This document shows, in pieces, positions 17,058-25,556 of a DNA stretch of 32,000 nt. A program made the position numbers and the translations under genes. The DNA is from Candidatus Saccharimonadota bacterium. Lineage in GTDB: Bacteria > Patescibacteriota > Gracilibacteria > UBA1369 > 2-02-FULL-48-14. How positions within the stretch are numbered: the first letter of the stretch is position 1; the number at the start of each line of letters is the position of its first letter. The stretch spans positions 750,001 through 782,000 of the forward strand of contig OZ246396.1 in assembly GCA_965230905.1 (NCBI GenBank). Reading direction: 5' to 3'. Under the pieces are notes generated by a model. The model was not told the origin of the DNA. It worked only from the letters and a program-made list of their open reading frames with translations, and searched no databases.

Positions 17058-18221
17058 ATGGAGCTTCCTTCTAAGCTGATGGAAAAATCGTCCGAGAAGG
17101 AAACTTCGGTTGTTTATGGAGTGTACAGCAGTGTGGGTCAGCCGTTTTCTGTGCGGATGAGGGACTTTTTTATAGACCGCCGAAAAGTGGGCATTAAAGA
17201 GAAATCGTATTTTTTCCATCTGCTCGCGGTGATGATCGATGCCGGGATTCCTATTATGAAGGCGCTGAAGGTGCTGTCTAAGAAAACAGAAAACCCACGC
17301 TTTGCGCGGATTATAAATACGCTGGCTTATGATGTGGAACGTGGAAAAGTGATGAGCCAATCCATGCTCAAGTTCCCCGATGTATTTAAGGATTCGGAAG
17401 TGGGAATTGTGCGCAGCGGAGAGAGCATTGGAAATTTGGGACTGCTTTTGTTCAAGCTCGCGAAGCAAACCGAGCGCACGCACACCTTGTATTTGAAAGT
17501 GCGCGGGGCTTTGATTTATCCAATCACGGTTTTGATTGCGCTGCTCATTTCCGGTGCCATTGTGGTGACGGTGGTGATTCCCCGCATCGATCAATTTTTT
17601 ACGCAGGCGAATTTTGACCTGCCTTTTTTGACTCAGGTGATTTTGAAAGGAGGAACGTTTTTTATCAACTTCATGTGGCTCTTCATTATTTTGATGGTGT
17701 TTTTAGTTTTACTGGCAACGTTTTATGCGGGAACGGAAGGTGGACGCCGGCGCATGGACATTTGGGCGCTTTCGTTTTTCTTTGTGGGCGACACCATTCG
17801 TAAACTCAATGTGGCAAAGTTCATTCAATTGCTCAGTTTGCTGGTGGAAGGTGGAGTGCCCATTCATGAGGCCATTCGCATTGCGGGTGGCGCGGTGAGT
17901 AATTCTTTATATAAGGACTTTTTTGTCACGCTGCGTAGCGGGATTGAGCGGGGAGAAAAAATTGCCGACAATTTGGCCAAGGCGCCGTTTTTGTTTCCAG
18001 AAACCGTGATCGCCATGGTTTCGGTGGGAGAGAACAGCGGGCAGCTCGGAAAAATTTCAGAAAAATTGGCCTCCCACTATGAACAAGAAGTGGAAAATTC
18101 CCTGGCGAATTTCACCACTATTTTGGAACCCATTGTGATTGTTATTGTGGGAGTGGCCGTAGGAGTATTGGCCCTCGCTTTGCTCGGGCCCATTTTCTCT
18201 CTTTCAACCTTAGTATCATGA
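17058..18221 (+). CDS. pilC: Type IV pilus platform protein PilC (GspF family)
   Basis: Two GspF-type repeats (FFHLLAVMIDAGIPIMKALKVL.. and FIQLLSLLVEGGVPIHEAIRIA..) plus the C-terminal LEPIVIVIVGVAVGVLALALLGPIFSL helix. Confidence 0.9.
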   Translation: MELPSKLMEKSSEKETSVVYGVYSSVGQPFSVRMRDFFIDRRKVGIKEKSYFFHLLAVMIDAGIPIMKALKVLSKKTENPRFARIINTLAYDVERGKVMSQSMLKFPDVFKDSEVGIVRSGESIGNLGLLLFKLAKQTERTHTLYLKVRGALIYPITVLIALLISGAIVVTVVIPRIDQFFTQANFDLPFLTQVILKGGTFFINFMWLFIILMVFLVLLATFYAGTEGGRRRMDIWALSFFFVGDTIRKLNVAKFIQLLSLLVEGGVPIHEAIRIAGGAVSNSLYKDFFVTLRSGIERGEKIADNLAKAPFLFPETVIAMVSVGENSGQLGKISEKLASHYEQEVENSLANFTTILEPIVIVIVGVAVGVLALALLGPIFSLSTLVS

Positions 18222-18808
18222 AAAAGCCACCTTCGATGATGGCGGCTCCTGGATTTACACTGCTAGAACTTCTTTTGGTGATCACCATTATTGGGGTGCT
18301 TTCGGCCACGCTGGTTTTGGATTTTGCAGGAGTGAAGCAGCGGCAGGAATTGGCGCTCATTGCGGATCAGTCTGTGGCGATGATGCAGCAGGCGCGCGGC
18401 GAAGTGGGCGGAGGAAAGGTGCGCCGTGAAACGGCGGAAGACGGAACGGTGGAGACGATTTTTTTGTGCGAGGGTGCGTATTTTGAAAAAGGCAAGGCGC
18501 CGCTTTTTGTGCGGGGCGATTATGTGGGCGGAGCTTGCGAGAACTTTGAAACGGAATCGTACGGAATGCCGAGTGGCGGCGCTTTTGCTTCTGCCATTGC
18601 TGTGGCCGAGCTGCCGGTTTCTAAGCTCTGGGTGCTTTACAGTCCGCCCGATGGAGAATTGGTTTTTTACACCGAAAATGGCGAGGCGACCACGGGCGAC
18701 GCCGTGGTTCATTTTGAGCACAAGAATGAACTGGATATGGATTTATCTGTTATCATTTCCCCCGTCACCAACTTAGCTACCTTATCCCTCGGCACCGATG
18801 AAGAATAG
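18218..18808 (+). CDS. Prepilin-type N-terminal cleavage/methylation protein (GspH/FimT-like minor pilin?)
   Basis: Class III signal MKKPPSMMAAPG|FTLLELLLVITIIGVL with Glu at +5. The ATGA overlaps the pilC stop. Confidence 0.8.
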   Translation: MKKPPSMMAAPGFTLLELLLVITIIGVLSATLVLDFAGVKQRQELALIADQSVAMMQQARGEVGGGKVRRETAEDGTVETIFLCEGAYFEKGKAPLFVRGDYVGGACENFETESYGMPSGGAFASAIAVAELPVSKLWVLYSPPDGELVFYTENGEATTGDAVVHFEHKNELDMDLSVIISPVTNLATLSLGTDEE

Positions 18809-19298
18809 CGCCCCTGGGTTTACTCTCATTGAAACCTTGATTGCCATCACCCTGATAACGGTGGTGATAAGCGCTGTAACAGGACTTATTTTGAGCACGC
18901 TGCTGGCGAATCAACGCAATCTGCACTCGCTGCAGGGCATGTATTTGGCGCAGGAAAGTTTGGAAGCCGTGCGTTTTATGCGCGACTCCAACTGGCTCCA
19001 AAATTATTCCTGGAATGGAGGTAGCCTGCTCTGGGGCAGTGATTTTGATATGGGCACGGAATCGCAGCTCAATCTTTTTTTGACGGATGAAGCCTGTCCA
19101 CCGTGTTTTGGCTTGGCGAGGTCAGCGGAGGATTCCATTGTCACCGACGACAGCGGATTCGAATACACACGTGCCCTTAGCTTCAAACCTGTTACCGACT
19201 TGCAAGACGTGGTGGAAGTCACGGCCACCGTGAGTTGGGAGGAACGCGGCATCGCCCGCAGTGTTGAACTTTCTACTTACTTAAGCGATTGGAAATGA
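18798..19298 (+). CDS. Prepilin-type N-terminal cleavage/methylation protein (minor pilin)
   Basis: MKNSAPG|FTLIETLIAITLITVVISAV with Glu at +5. The start overlaps the previous gene by 11 nt. Confidence 0.8.
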   Translation: MKNSAPGFTLIETLIAITLITVVISAVTGLILSTLLANQRNLHSLQGMYLAQESLEAVRFMRDSNWLQNYSWNGGSLLWGSDFDMGTESQLNLFLTDEACPPCFGLARSAEDSIVTDDSGFEYTRALSFKPVTDLQDVVEVTATVSWEERGIARSVELSTYLSDWK

Positions 19299-19846
19299 AA
19301 AGATCAGCCTTTACATTGCTGGAGATGATCATTGCCATCACGGTCTTCACTATTTTTATTGGCTTCGCTATTTCCACGTATTTGATGTTTCATCGCGCGG
19401 ACCAAGAAGCTTTGGCGATGCGCAGCCTGATGCTGGAAACGCAGGGGACCATGGATTTGATTTCCGATGCGGTGAAGGAGAACACCATCGATTACGCCTA
19501 CTACAACGATGGTTTGAGCTCCGACGTTTTGGCCCTGCGCAGCCCCGACGGCCAGACGGAGACGGTTTTTATTTGGGACGAGGAAGTAGAAACACTAAGC
19601 CTCTTCACCATTGATGAAAACGACGTGGCCAGCTCGCCCGTTTTGCTGCACAGTGAAACCACCCGCGTGCCCTATGTGCACTTCCGCATTTTCCCCGACA
19701 AAAATCCTTACGAAAACTCCACTGAAGAGGCCATTCAATACCAGCCCACCGTGCAAATGGAAATCACCTTCTCTATGCCGGGGCGCGTGCAAGAAGAAAT
19801 CACCGTGGACTTTCAAACCTCTATAACCAGCCGCTTCTACCAATGA
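19295..19846 (+). CDS. Prepilin-type minor pilin with Ala at the -1 position
   Basis: MKRSA|FTLLEMIIAITVFTIFIGFAI. ATG 19295 overlaps the previous stop as ATGA; the track start at 19289 is a TTG. Confidence 0.75.
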   Translation: MKRSAFTLLEMIIAITVFTIFIGFAISTYLMFHRADQEALAMRSLMLETQGTMDLISDAVKENTIDYAYYNDGLSSDVLALRSPDGQTETVFIWDEEVETLSLFTIDENDVASSPVLLHSETTRVPYVHFRIFPDKNPYENSTEEAIQYQPTVQMEITFSMPGRVQEEITVDFQTSITSRFYQ

Positions 19847-20886
19847 GAAACCGTCGTGCCAGTGCGCTGCTCCTTTCTTTCTTCATGATGACCATGCTGA
19901 TTTTGGTGAGCATTTCGGTGAGCGTTTTGGTGATTCGCGACATTGCGGCGGTGCGCACCATTGTGGGCGGCACGCAAGCTTTGTACGGGGCGGAGGGAAT
20001 GAGCGAAATTGGACTCTATGCCGTGAAAGAAAATTTGCCTGGCTACGAACCCAGCTACAGCGATTATGTGTACACCAACTCCGTTTTGGCGTCGGCAAAT
20101 CTGCACGCGCGTGAAGACATGGTGCCTTGCCTGGGCCAGGATTCCGACGGCTGGAGCGTACTCGCGCCCAACGAATCCATTCAATTGGCTTTGTTTGCGC
20201 AAACCAATGAGGGCGGCGATTTCTTAAAAAATACGTCCTTTGCGGTGGATTTTTATGTGGGGGATGACGAAGGCAAATCGCTGTATGGAGTGATGTCCAA
20301 TTTTCTCAATTCAGAAGACATTCTTCGTTGGAAAATTTTGGGACTTTATAATGAAAAAACGGAAGCGATTTCAGAATATATTCCGCTCGATACAGACAAC
20401 GCTCGTACCTCTAAGGTCAATCCCTCCGTTTTTGGCCCCGGCTCCAAGGGGGCTCCGAAGTATATGAATGCTAAATTTTATGACTCCGGTACGCCCTCCC
20501 ATTTTTATCCTGATTACCCCATTTCCACCTTTTTGGCGGATCACGATTACAGCTATTTGGTGCTCACCAACATCATTCAAGGCATCGACGATGCTAACAT
20601 TTATTATCGTTTGCGTTGGACCAGTGGTTCCAGCTCGGTAAATACCGAGCTCGACGAAGTGGTGTGTGAGTACACCGAAATCAGCAGCGTGGCGGATGTG
20701 GAGAACGGCAGCGCGCGTCAGCTCTTAAAAACCTTGGTGAGGGAAGGCGAAAATCTGCCCGTTTTTGACTTTGTTTTGTATCATACAGCGGATGACGATG
20801 CAGAAAAAAACTTTCCAGGTGTGGGTGGAAAGATTACGAATTTTCCATTCGCGGAGCTATTCAATCCGCTTCCTTCATTGGAATAA
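19843..20886 (+). CDS. PilX-like pilus-associated protein (347 aa)
   Basis: The N-terminus RRASALLLSFFMMTMLILVSISVSVLV..IVGGTQALYGAEG resembles the PilX N-terminal domain pattern (hydrophobic helix without the FTLxE motif). The ATGA overlaps the preceding pilin gene. Confidence 0.5.
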   Translation: MRNRRASALLLSFFMMTMLILVSISVSVLVIRDIAAVRTIVGGTQALYGAEGMSEIGLYAVKENLPGYEPSYSDYVYTNSVLASANLHAREDMVPCLGQDSDGWSVLAPNESIQLALFAQTNEGGDFLKNTSFAVDFYVGDDEGKSLYGVMSNFLNSEDILRWKILGLYNEKTEAISEYIPLDTDNARTSKVNPSVFGPGSKGAPKYMNAKFYDSGTPSHFYPDYPISTFLADHDYSYLVLTNIIQGIDDANIYYRLRWTSGSSSVNTELDEVVCEYTEISSVADVENGSARQLLKTLVREGENLPVFDFVLYHTADDDAEKNFPGVGGKITNFPFAELFNPLPSLE

Positions 20887-20906
20887 GGAAGAAAACCTAG
20901 TATAGT
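20878..20906 (+). promoter_or_regulatory. Putative metG promoter (TTGGAA-17-TATAGT)
   Basis: TTGGAA at 20878-20883 (overlapping the last pilX-like codons), a 17-nt spacer and TATAGT at 20901-20906, 20 nt before the ATG at 20927. Confidence 0.4.
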
Positions 20907-20926
20907 TGGGCCACTTTACTTTTCTT

Positions 20927-22381
20927 ATGGCCAAATTTTATCTTACCAATGCGATTGCTTACGTGAATGCGGGTCCGCACATGGGGCACGCGCTGGAGGC
21001 GGTTCAAGGGGACGCGCTGACGCGTTACCACCGTATGATTGGCGACGACGTGCGGTTTTTGGTGGGAACGGACGAGCACGGCAGTAAAATTCAGCAAGTG
21101 GCTAAGGAAAAAAACGTGGAACCGCAGGCTTTGGCGGATATGAACGCTGCGCTTTTTTTGGACTTCCACAAGGCGGTGAACGCGGCGAATGATGACTTTG
21201 TTCGCACCACGAGCGCGCGTCATGAAGCGGCAGCTAAAAAAATGTGGTTGGCTTTGGAAGCCGCTGGAAAACTCTACGATAAAGAATACGAAGGTAAGTA
21301 CTGCTCGGGTTGCGAGGCCTTTATTTTGGATAAGGATTTGGTGGAGGGTAAATGCAGCATTCACCTGCGTGAACCGGAAGTGCTGAAGGAGAAAAACATC
21401 TTCTTCAAGCTCTCCGATTATTCCGATGCGATTAAGGAAAAAGTGAAGAGCGGGGAGCTTTTGATTCGTCCGCAATCCCGAAAGAATGAATTTTTGTCGC
21501 TGCTGGAAGAAGGTCTGCAGGATGTGAGTTTTTCACGGCCCAAGAAAACTTTGGCGTGGGGGATTGATGTGCCTGGTCATGACGATCAAGTGATGTACGT
21601 GTGGTGTGACGCACTCACGAACTACATTTCGGCGGTTGGTTACGAGGACGATGAGGAACAATTTAAAAAATTGTGGCCGGCGGATGTGCATTTGATTGGA
21701 AAGGACATCATTCGGTTTCACTGCGGAATCTGGATCGGGATGCTGATGGCCGCCGGCCTAGAACTGCCCAAGGCAGTGTACGTGCACGGGTTCCTCACCA
21801 GTGAAGGGCAGAAAATGAGCAAATCGCTTGGCAATGTGGTGGACCCCATGGAGCTGCTGCGCGACTGGGGCGTGGACCCGGTTCGTTACTATTTGCTGCG
21901 TGAAGTGCCCAGCGACGAAGACGGCGATTTTTCACGCGAACGTTTTGCGATTGTGTACAAAGATGAACTGCAAAACACCATTGGAAACTTGCTTCGCCGC
22001 AGCGTAACTCTTTCTACAAAAAACTTTGAAAGCCGCCGACCGGTGGGCGACTCCGCTTTGAAGGGGGCCATTGATAAAGCGTGGAAGGGCTACCACGAAG
22101 GCTTCACTTCTTTTGATGTGAAAGGAGCTTTGGAATCGATGATTGTATTGGCGCGGGAGGGGAATTTGTACGTAGACCAACAGAAGCCTTGGGAACTGGC
22201 GAAGACGGATTTGGTGCGATTGGAAGTGGTGATGGGAAACCTGATGGATTTGTGCAAAGCCTTGGGCGAAATGCTGGTGCCCGTTATTCCTGAAGCGGCA
22301 CAAAAAATCCTGGACCAAGTGGGTGGTGAAACGATTGTGCTGGGGGATGCGCTGTTTCCAGCCAGGGAAGAAAGGAAGTAA
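20927..22381 (+). CDS. metG: Methionine--tRNA ligase
   Basis: The class I HIGH region (AYVNAGPHMGHALE) and the KMSKS motif (GQKMSKSLGN) are present. Start MAKFYLTNAIAY at 20927 is preferred over the track start at 20906. Confidence 0.95.
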   Translation: MAKFYLTNAIAYVNAGPHMGHALEAVQGDALTRYHRMIGDDVRFLVGTDEHGSKIQQVAKEKNVEPQALADMNAALFLDFHKAVNAANDDFVRTTSARHEAAAKKMWLALEAAGKLYDKEYEGKYCSGCEAFILDKDLVEGKCSIHLREPEVLKEKNIFFKLSDYSDAIKEKVKSGELLIRPQSRKNEFLSLLEEGLQDVSFSRPKKTLAWGIDVPGHDDQVMYVWCDALTNYISAVGYEDDEEQFKKLWPADVHLIGKDIIRFHCGIWIGMLMAAGLELPKAVYVHGFLTSEGQKMSKSLGNVVDPMELLRDWGVDPVRYYLLREVPSDEDGDFSRERFAIVYKDELQNTIGNLLRRSVTLSTKNFESRRPVGDSALKGAIDKAWKGYHEGFTSFDVKGALESMIVLAREGNLYVDQQKPWELAKTDLVRLEVVMGNLMDLCKALGEMLVPVIPEAAQKILDQVGGETIVLGDALFPAREERK

Positions 22382-22404
22382 TAAGCGAACGTGAATTATA
22401 GAAA

Positions 22405-22436
22405 GAAAAGAGAGAACTCATGAGTTCTCTCTTTTC
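22405..22436. terminator. Bidirectional terminator (perfect 16+16 palindrome) between convergent metG and the pilin-module operon
   Basis: GAAAAGAGAGAACTCA|TGAGTTCTCTCTTTTC is a perfect inverted repeat with A-run and T-run flanks. Confidence 0.7.
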
Positions 22437-22466
22437 GCTTCCAGTGAGCTTTTACTTCCTTTCGAA

Positions 22467-22823
22467 TTATTCAGCAACCATTGCCTCAGCAAGGTCCGCT
22501 GCGGTCACACCGCTGGCGGTGAGGGCTTCGGAACAAGTGGCTTCGAGGTGCGTGCGGGCTGCCTCAGAAACTTGGTTGAGATCTTCGGTTCCTCGGATTT
22601 CTGCGAGGTAGGTGTCGATGTCTTCTGGAGTGTCGTAACCGTATTTGTTCATGATTTCACCGGTCTGGGCTTCAATGTCTTCCAAGGCAACGTTTTCGTC
22701 GAACAAAAGACAAGCGGTTTCTGCCATAGCTTTCCCGGTGTCCTCAGCTTTGTTGCCGGATCCTCCGCAAGCGGTTAAAAATAGCGCTCCTGTAAGGAAA
22801 CTGGCTAGTAAAGGTCTGAACAT
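22467..22823 (-). CDS. Small lipoprotein (119 aa)
   Basis: From the internal ATG at 22823: MFRPLLASFLTGALFLTAC|GGSGNK, a signal peptide with lipobox LTAC. The track's longer N-terminus overlaps the upstream gene and lacks signal character. Confidence 0.6.
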   Translation of the reverse strand: MFRPLLASFLTGALFLTACGGSGNKAEDTGKAMAETACLLFDENVALEDIEAQTGEIMNKYGYDTPEDIDTYLAEIRGTEDLNQVSEAARTHLEATCSEALTASGVTAADLAEAMVAE

Positions 22824-22866
22824 GCTTTTAAGGTTAGAGATAAGGGCGTGCGCGGACACAGTACGC

Positions 22867-23283
22867 TTAAACCGCTGACTCGTCCACCTGGAGTACAATC
22901 TGCAAAATACCCTGCGCAATGGCGTAGGAAAGCAGAATAGTGAGCAGTCCCACCAGAGACCAAAACATTCCACGTTTTCCTTTTTCGATTTTTTCGTCCT
23001 TACCAAAGGCGAAGATGTAGTTGTAGCTGGCCCAGAGCAAAAAGACGATGGTTAGGGCGCCCGCAAAAAGCAGCACCTGGCTGACCAAATTTCCCACGAA
23101 CATGATTAGGGTTTGGGTGGCTGCACTTTCCGGGTGATCGTTGTCCACCGCTTCTTCCGCCGTGATGGTGGGGAGATTGCTGGGGCGCAGATTGTCGTCC
23201 AACTGAATGACGGCCAAGGCGGCGTCCGCGCAAAAGGAAAACAGGATAGCGGCCAAAACGGTGAGGAGGAGTTTTTTAATCAT
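22867..23283 (-). CDS. VirB2/TrbC-like 'T4SS pilin' module protein (139 aa)
   Basis: From the ATG at 23283: signal peptide MIKKLLLTVLAAILFSFCADAALA, an acidic spacer, then TM1-loop-TM2 (LIMFVGNLVSQVLLFAGALTIVFLLWASYNYIFAFGKDEKIEKGKRGMFWSLVGLLTILLSYAIAQGIL). 8-nt overlap with the upstream gene. Confidence 0.6.
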   Translation of the reverse strand: MIKKLLLTVLAAILFSFCADAALAVIQLDDNLRPSNLPTITAEEAVDNDHPESAATQTLIMFVGNLVSQVLLFAGALTIVFLLWASYNYIFAFGKDEKIEKGKRGMFWSLVGLLTILLSYAIAQGILQIVLQVDESAV

Positions 23284-24178
23284 TGGAGTCTTCACGGTTA
23301 TTGAATACCTCGTCGATTTCCGTATCTTCATTGTCGGTGAGGTTGAGGTTGGCGATACCGTATACGATGGCGTATCCCAGCGAAAGCAGCACCAAGGCCA
23401 CCCCTGAGTAAATGATGATGCTTTTGGCTTTGGTGGTGGCTTCTTCGTTTCCACGGCCAATCACCAGCAGCACGCCTCCGTACATGAAGGCAATGAAGAT
23501 GAGGAAGGCGGTTACGTAGAGCGCGTTGGTTATGACGGCCGGCACGATTTCTCCTAAAAAGTCTCCGCCCGGTAGCGAAACGCGTTTGTCTGGGTCCTGA
23601 TCTTCAATAATGGTTTGTTGGCTGGGGAGCAGGATATCTAGGTCGTCTTCAATGTCCACGGCGTAGGCCGATGGGATGCTGAAGAAGGCGGTGTCGGCGT
23701 CGTGGTCGTCGTTGTTTGGAAGGGCCACGGACACCACAATGGAAACGATTCCGTAAGAAAGGATGGAGAGCAAAAATCCTATGATTCCGTAGCGCAGACT
23801 GGTTTTGGCACGGTTGATTTTGTCTTCATTTCCGTAGGCGGTGAGCATTTGAATGGAGGCCACCAAAATACCTATGAAGGTTGCGATTCCAAAGAGACCA
23901 ATCACAATGTTGATTCCCCTGGGAATGGTTTCGTTGAGCAGATAATTTTGTGTGTCGTAACCGCGTTCACCCACATCGGGGCTTGGCAAAAAGGAGGGGA
24001 GGGGAATGACGGGTTGGGTCACCTGACCTGCAGGAGATTCGTCGCCGGTTTCTACGGTGCCTTCTTCATCGCTTGCGTCATCTGTTTCCCATTCGTAGGC
24101 AAAGGTCGTGACTGCGGTGGAGCACAGCAAGCTTATTCCCAGCACTAATCCGAAAAGAGTTTTGCGTAGAGTTTTCAT
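23276..24178 (-). CDS. Tandem double VirB2/TrbC-like pilin-module protein (300 aa)
   Basis: Signal peptide, then two complete TM-loop-TM modules: ..IGLFGIATFIGILVASIQMLTAYGNEDKINRAKTSLRYGIIGFLLSILSYGIVSIV.. and ..NALYVTAFLIFIAFMYGGVLLVIGRGNEEATTKAKSIIIYSGVALVLLSLGYAIVYGI.. They are separated by an acidic linker. Confidence 0.6.
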   Translation of the reverse strand: MKTLRKTLFGLVLGISLLCSTAVTTFAYEWETDDASDEEGTVETGDESPAGQVTQPVIPLPSFLPSPDVGERGYDTQNYLLNETIPRGINIVIGLFGIATFIGILVASIQMLTAYGNEDKINRAKTSLRYGIIGFLLSILSYGIVSIVVSVALPNNDDHDADTAFFSIPSAYAVDIEDDLDILLPSQQTIIEDQDPDKRVSLPGGDFLGEIVPAVITNALYVTAFLIFIAFMYGGVLLVIGRGNEEATTKAKSIIIYSGVALVLLSLGYAIVYGIANLNLTDNEDTEIDEVFNNREDSND

Positions 24179-25119
24179 CCGAAGAAGCCAGGGTTAATGG
24201 TGTACAAAATGAGTCCTGAGAGGAAGAGTAAAACAATTCCAGAAAGGGCTTGGAGGATTTTGTTTTTGGATTCACTGATGTCTCCGCTCACTCCCGAAAC
24301 CGAGATTTTTATTCCCTGAAAAACCATGGTGAAAACCGCAATAGAACCTACGGCAAAGGCTCCAAAGGTGAAGACTTGCTTCACCATGAGTTTGACCACA
24401 CCGATTCCACTGGATCCAATCACCCACTGGCGTTTGTCGCAGTTTTCGGCCACGGCATTGCACTTATCAAAACCGCTGCCGCCCTCATCCGTGCTTGTGT
24501 ATATGGTTCTTGTATCGTCGCAGGTTATGACCTTTCCGCTTGTCTCATCCACTTCTCCGGCAAAACAGCAAAGTCCCGCGTACACGGTGATGATTTTGTT
24601 GTCCTCCAGGTCTACGTCCGGGGCAATCACTTCCGTGATTTCCGTAACAATGAGTCCGTCGGCACTGCAATCGCCTTTTTCCAGGTAACCGCTGTAGTTG
24701 TTGGGTTGGCCACAAGTGTTAGAGTCCTTTCCTTCGTCCGTGCTGAACTCAAGCTCGTACATTAAGGTTTCCAATTCATTGGCTTGTTTGTATTGGTCCT
24801 TTTTGTATTCTTCGGTAGATCCATAAGGCAATTGGATTCCAAAAGGGCACATCTTATTGGGAGGATCGATGTCGTTTTCCTTCTCCGCGGCAGTGGCGGG
24901 AGTGGAGGTGGATTCTGCTGCTTCTCTTTCATCTGCTGCTGTTTCTGCTGCAGCCATCTCTTCTTCGGAGACTTCGTCACAATTGAGTCCTGTATATACA
25001 CAGCTTTCTGCGTCGGAGGCGTATTCATCGGTCGGGTCTGAATCCACCGCCAAAGTCACAAACGGAGCCCAGAAGGTCGTGAGGTAGGAAACGAGAGCGA
25101 AGGCGAGGAATTTGCGCAT
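24175..25119 (-). CDS. Secreted Cys-rich domain fused to a C-terminal VirB2/TrbC-like pilin module (314 aa)
   Basis: Signal peptide, an acidic/Ala-rich region and a domain of about 170 aa with 10 Cys. The C-terminus is VFTFGAFAVGSIAVFTMVFQGIKISVSGVSGDISESKNKILQALSGIVLLFLSGLILYTI. The ATGA overlaps the next gene. Confidence 0.55.
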   Translation of the reverse strand: MRKFLAFALVSYLTTFWAPFVTLAVDSDPTDEYASDAESCVYTGLNCDEVSEEEMAAAETAADEREAAESTSTPATAAEKENDIDPPNKMCPFGIQLPYGSTEEYKKDQYKQANELETLMYELEFSTDEGKDSNTCGQPNNYSGYLEKGDCSADGLIVTEITEVIAPDVDLEDNKIITVYAGLCCFAGEVDETSGKVITCDDTRTIYTSTDEGGSGFDKCNAVAENCDKRQWVIGSSGIGVVKLMVKQVFTFGAFAVGSIAVFTMVFQGIKISVSGVSGDISESKNKILQALSGIVLLFLSGLILYTINPGFFG

Positions 25120-25128
25120 AGCGTGGGG

Positions 25129-25554
25129 TCAGTAGAAGAAAGATTGAATAAGGGCGGCTATGAAGTAGGAGAAAAAGGCGAGCACCATCCCAATAACGGA
25201 TTGAGTGAGTATGCTTTTGGCGCGGTCGATTTTGCTTTCATCCCCGGCGGCGGTGACCATCATGAACCCTCCAATCATAATGGTGATGAAGGTGAAGGTG
25301 GCGATGAGCAGGGTGAGCACATTGATCACACGGAGGATGAGGGCGGCTGCTACGGACGTGTTATTTTCTTTTGCGTCGTCTTGAATGTTTTCGTAAATGT
25401 CGGTGCTTTCATTGGTGCCGTTGTCGTTGGTATCGATGTCCAGGATCTCGGAAACGTCAAAACCGCTGTAGCCATTATCCGCAAGGGCAAGCGGCGAATG
25501 CAGTAAACCACACGTTGTGAGTATAAAGGCCAGTGAGGCGAGATTTTTTTTCAT
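25129..25554 (-). CDS. VirB2/TrbC-like 'T4SS pilin' module protein (141 aa)
   Basis: Signal peptide MKKNLASLAFILTTCGLLHSPLALA, an acidic Asn/Asp-rich spacer, then LRVINVLTLLIATFTFITIMIGGFMMVTAAGDESKIDRAKSILTQSVIGMVLAFFSYFIAALI. It starts 2 nt after the ATPase stop. Confidence 0.65.
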   Translation of the reverse strand: MKKNLASLAFILTTCGLLHSPLALADNGYSGFDVSEILDIDTNDNGTNESTDIYENIQDDAKENNTSVAAALILRVINVLTLLIATFTFITIMIGGFMMVTAAGDESKIDRAKSILTQSVIGMVLAFFSYFIAALIQSFFY

Positions 25555-25556
25555 TT

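Noticed and set aside
16926-17594. 222-aa minus-strand ORF, His/Arg/Asn-rich
   Set aside because: It is antisense to the well-supported pilO and pilC frames. It has no motifs and an aberrant composition.
20897-21475. 192-aa minus-strand ORF overlapping the metG 5' half
   Set aside because: It is antisense to metG, whose HIGH region is encoded here, so it is a shadow ORF.
22824-23006. N-terminal extension of track ORF 22467-23006 (and the analogous 23284-23460 extension of ORF 22867-23460)
   Set aside because: The extensions overlap the upstream genes out of frame and are Cys/Trp/Arg-rich. They precede internal ATGs that are immediately followed by proper signal peptides, and those ATGs give typical short overlaps or gaps. 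The internal starts 22823 and 23283 were used.
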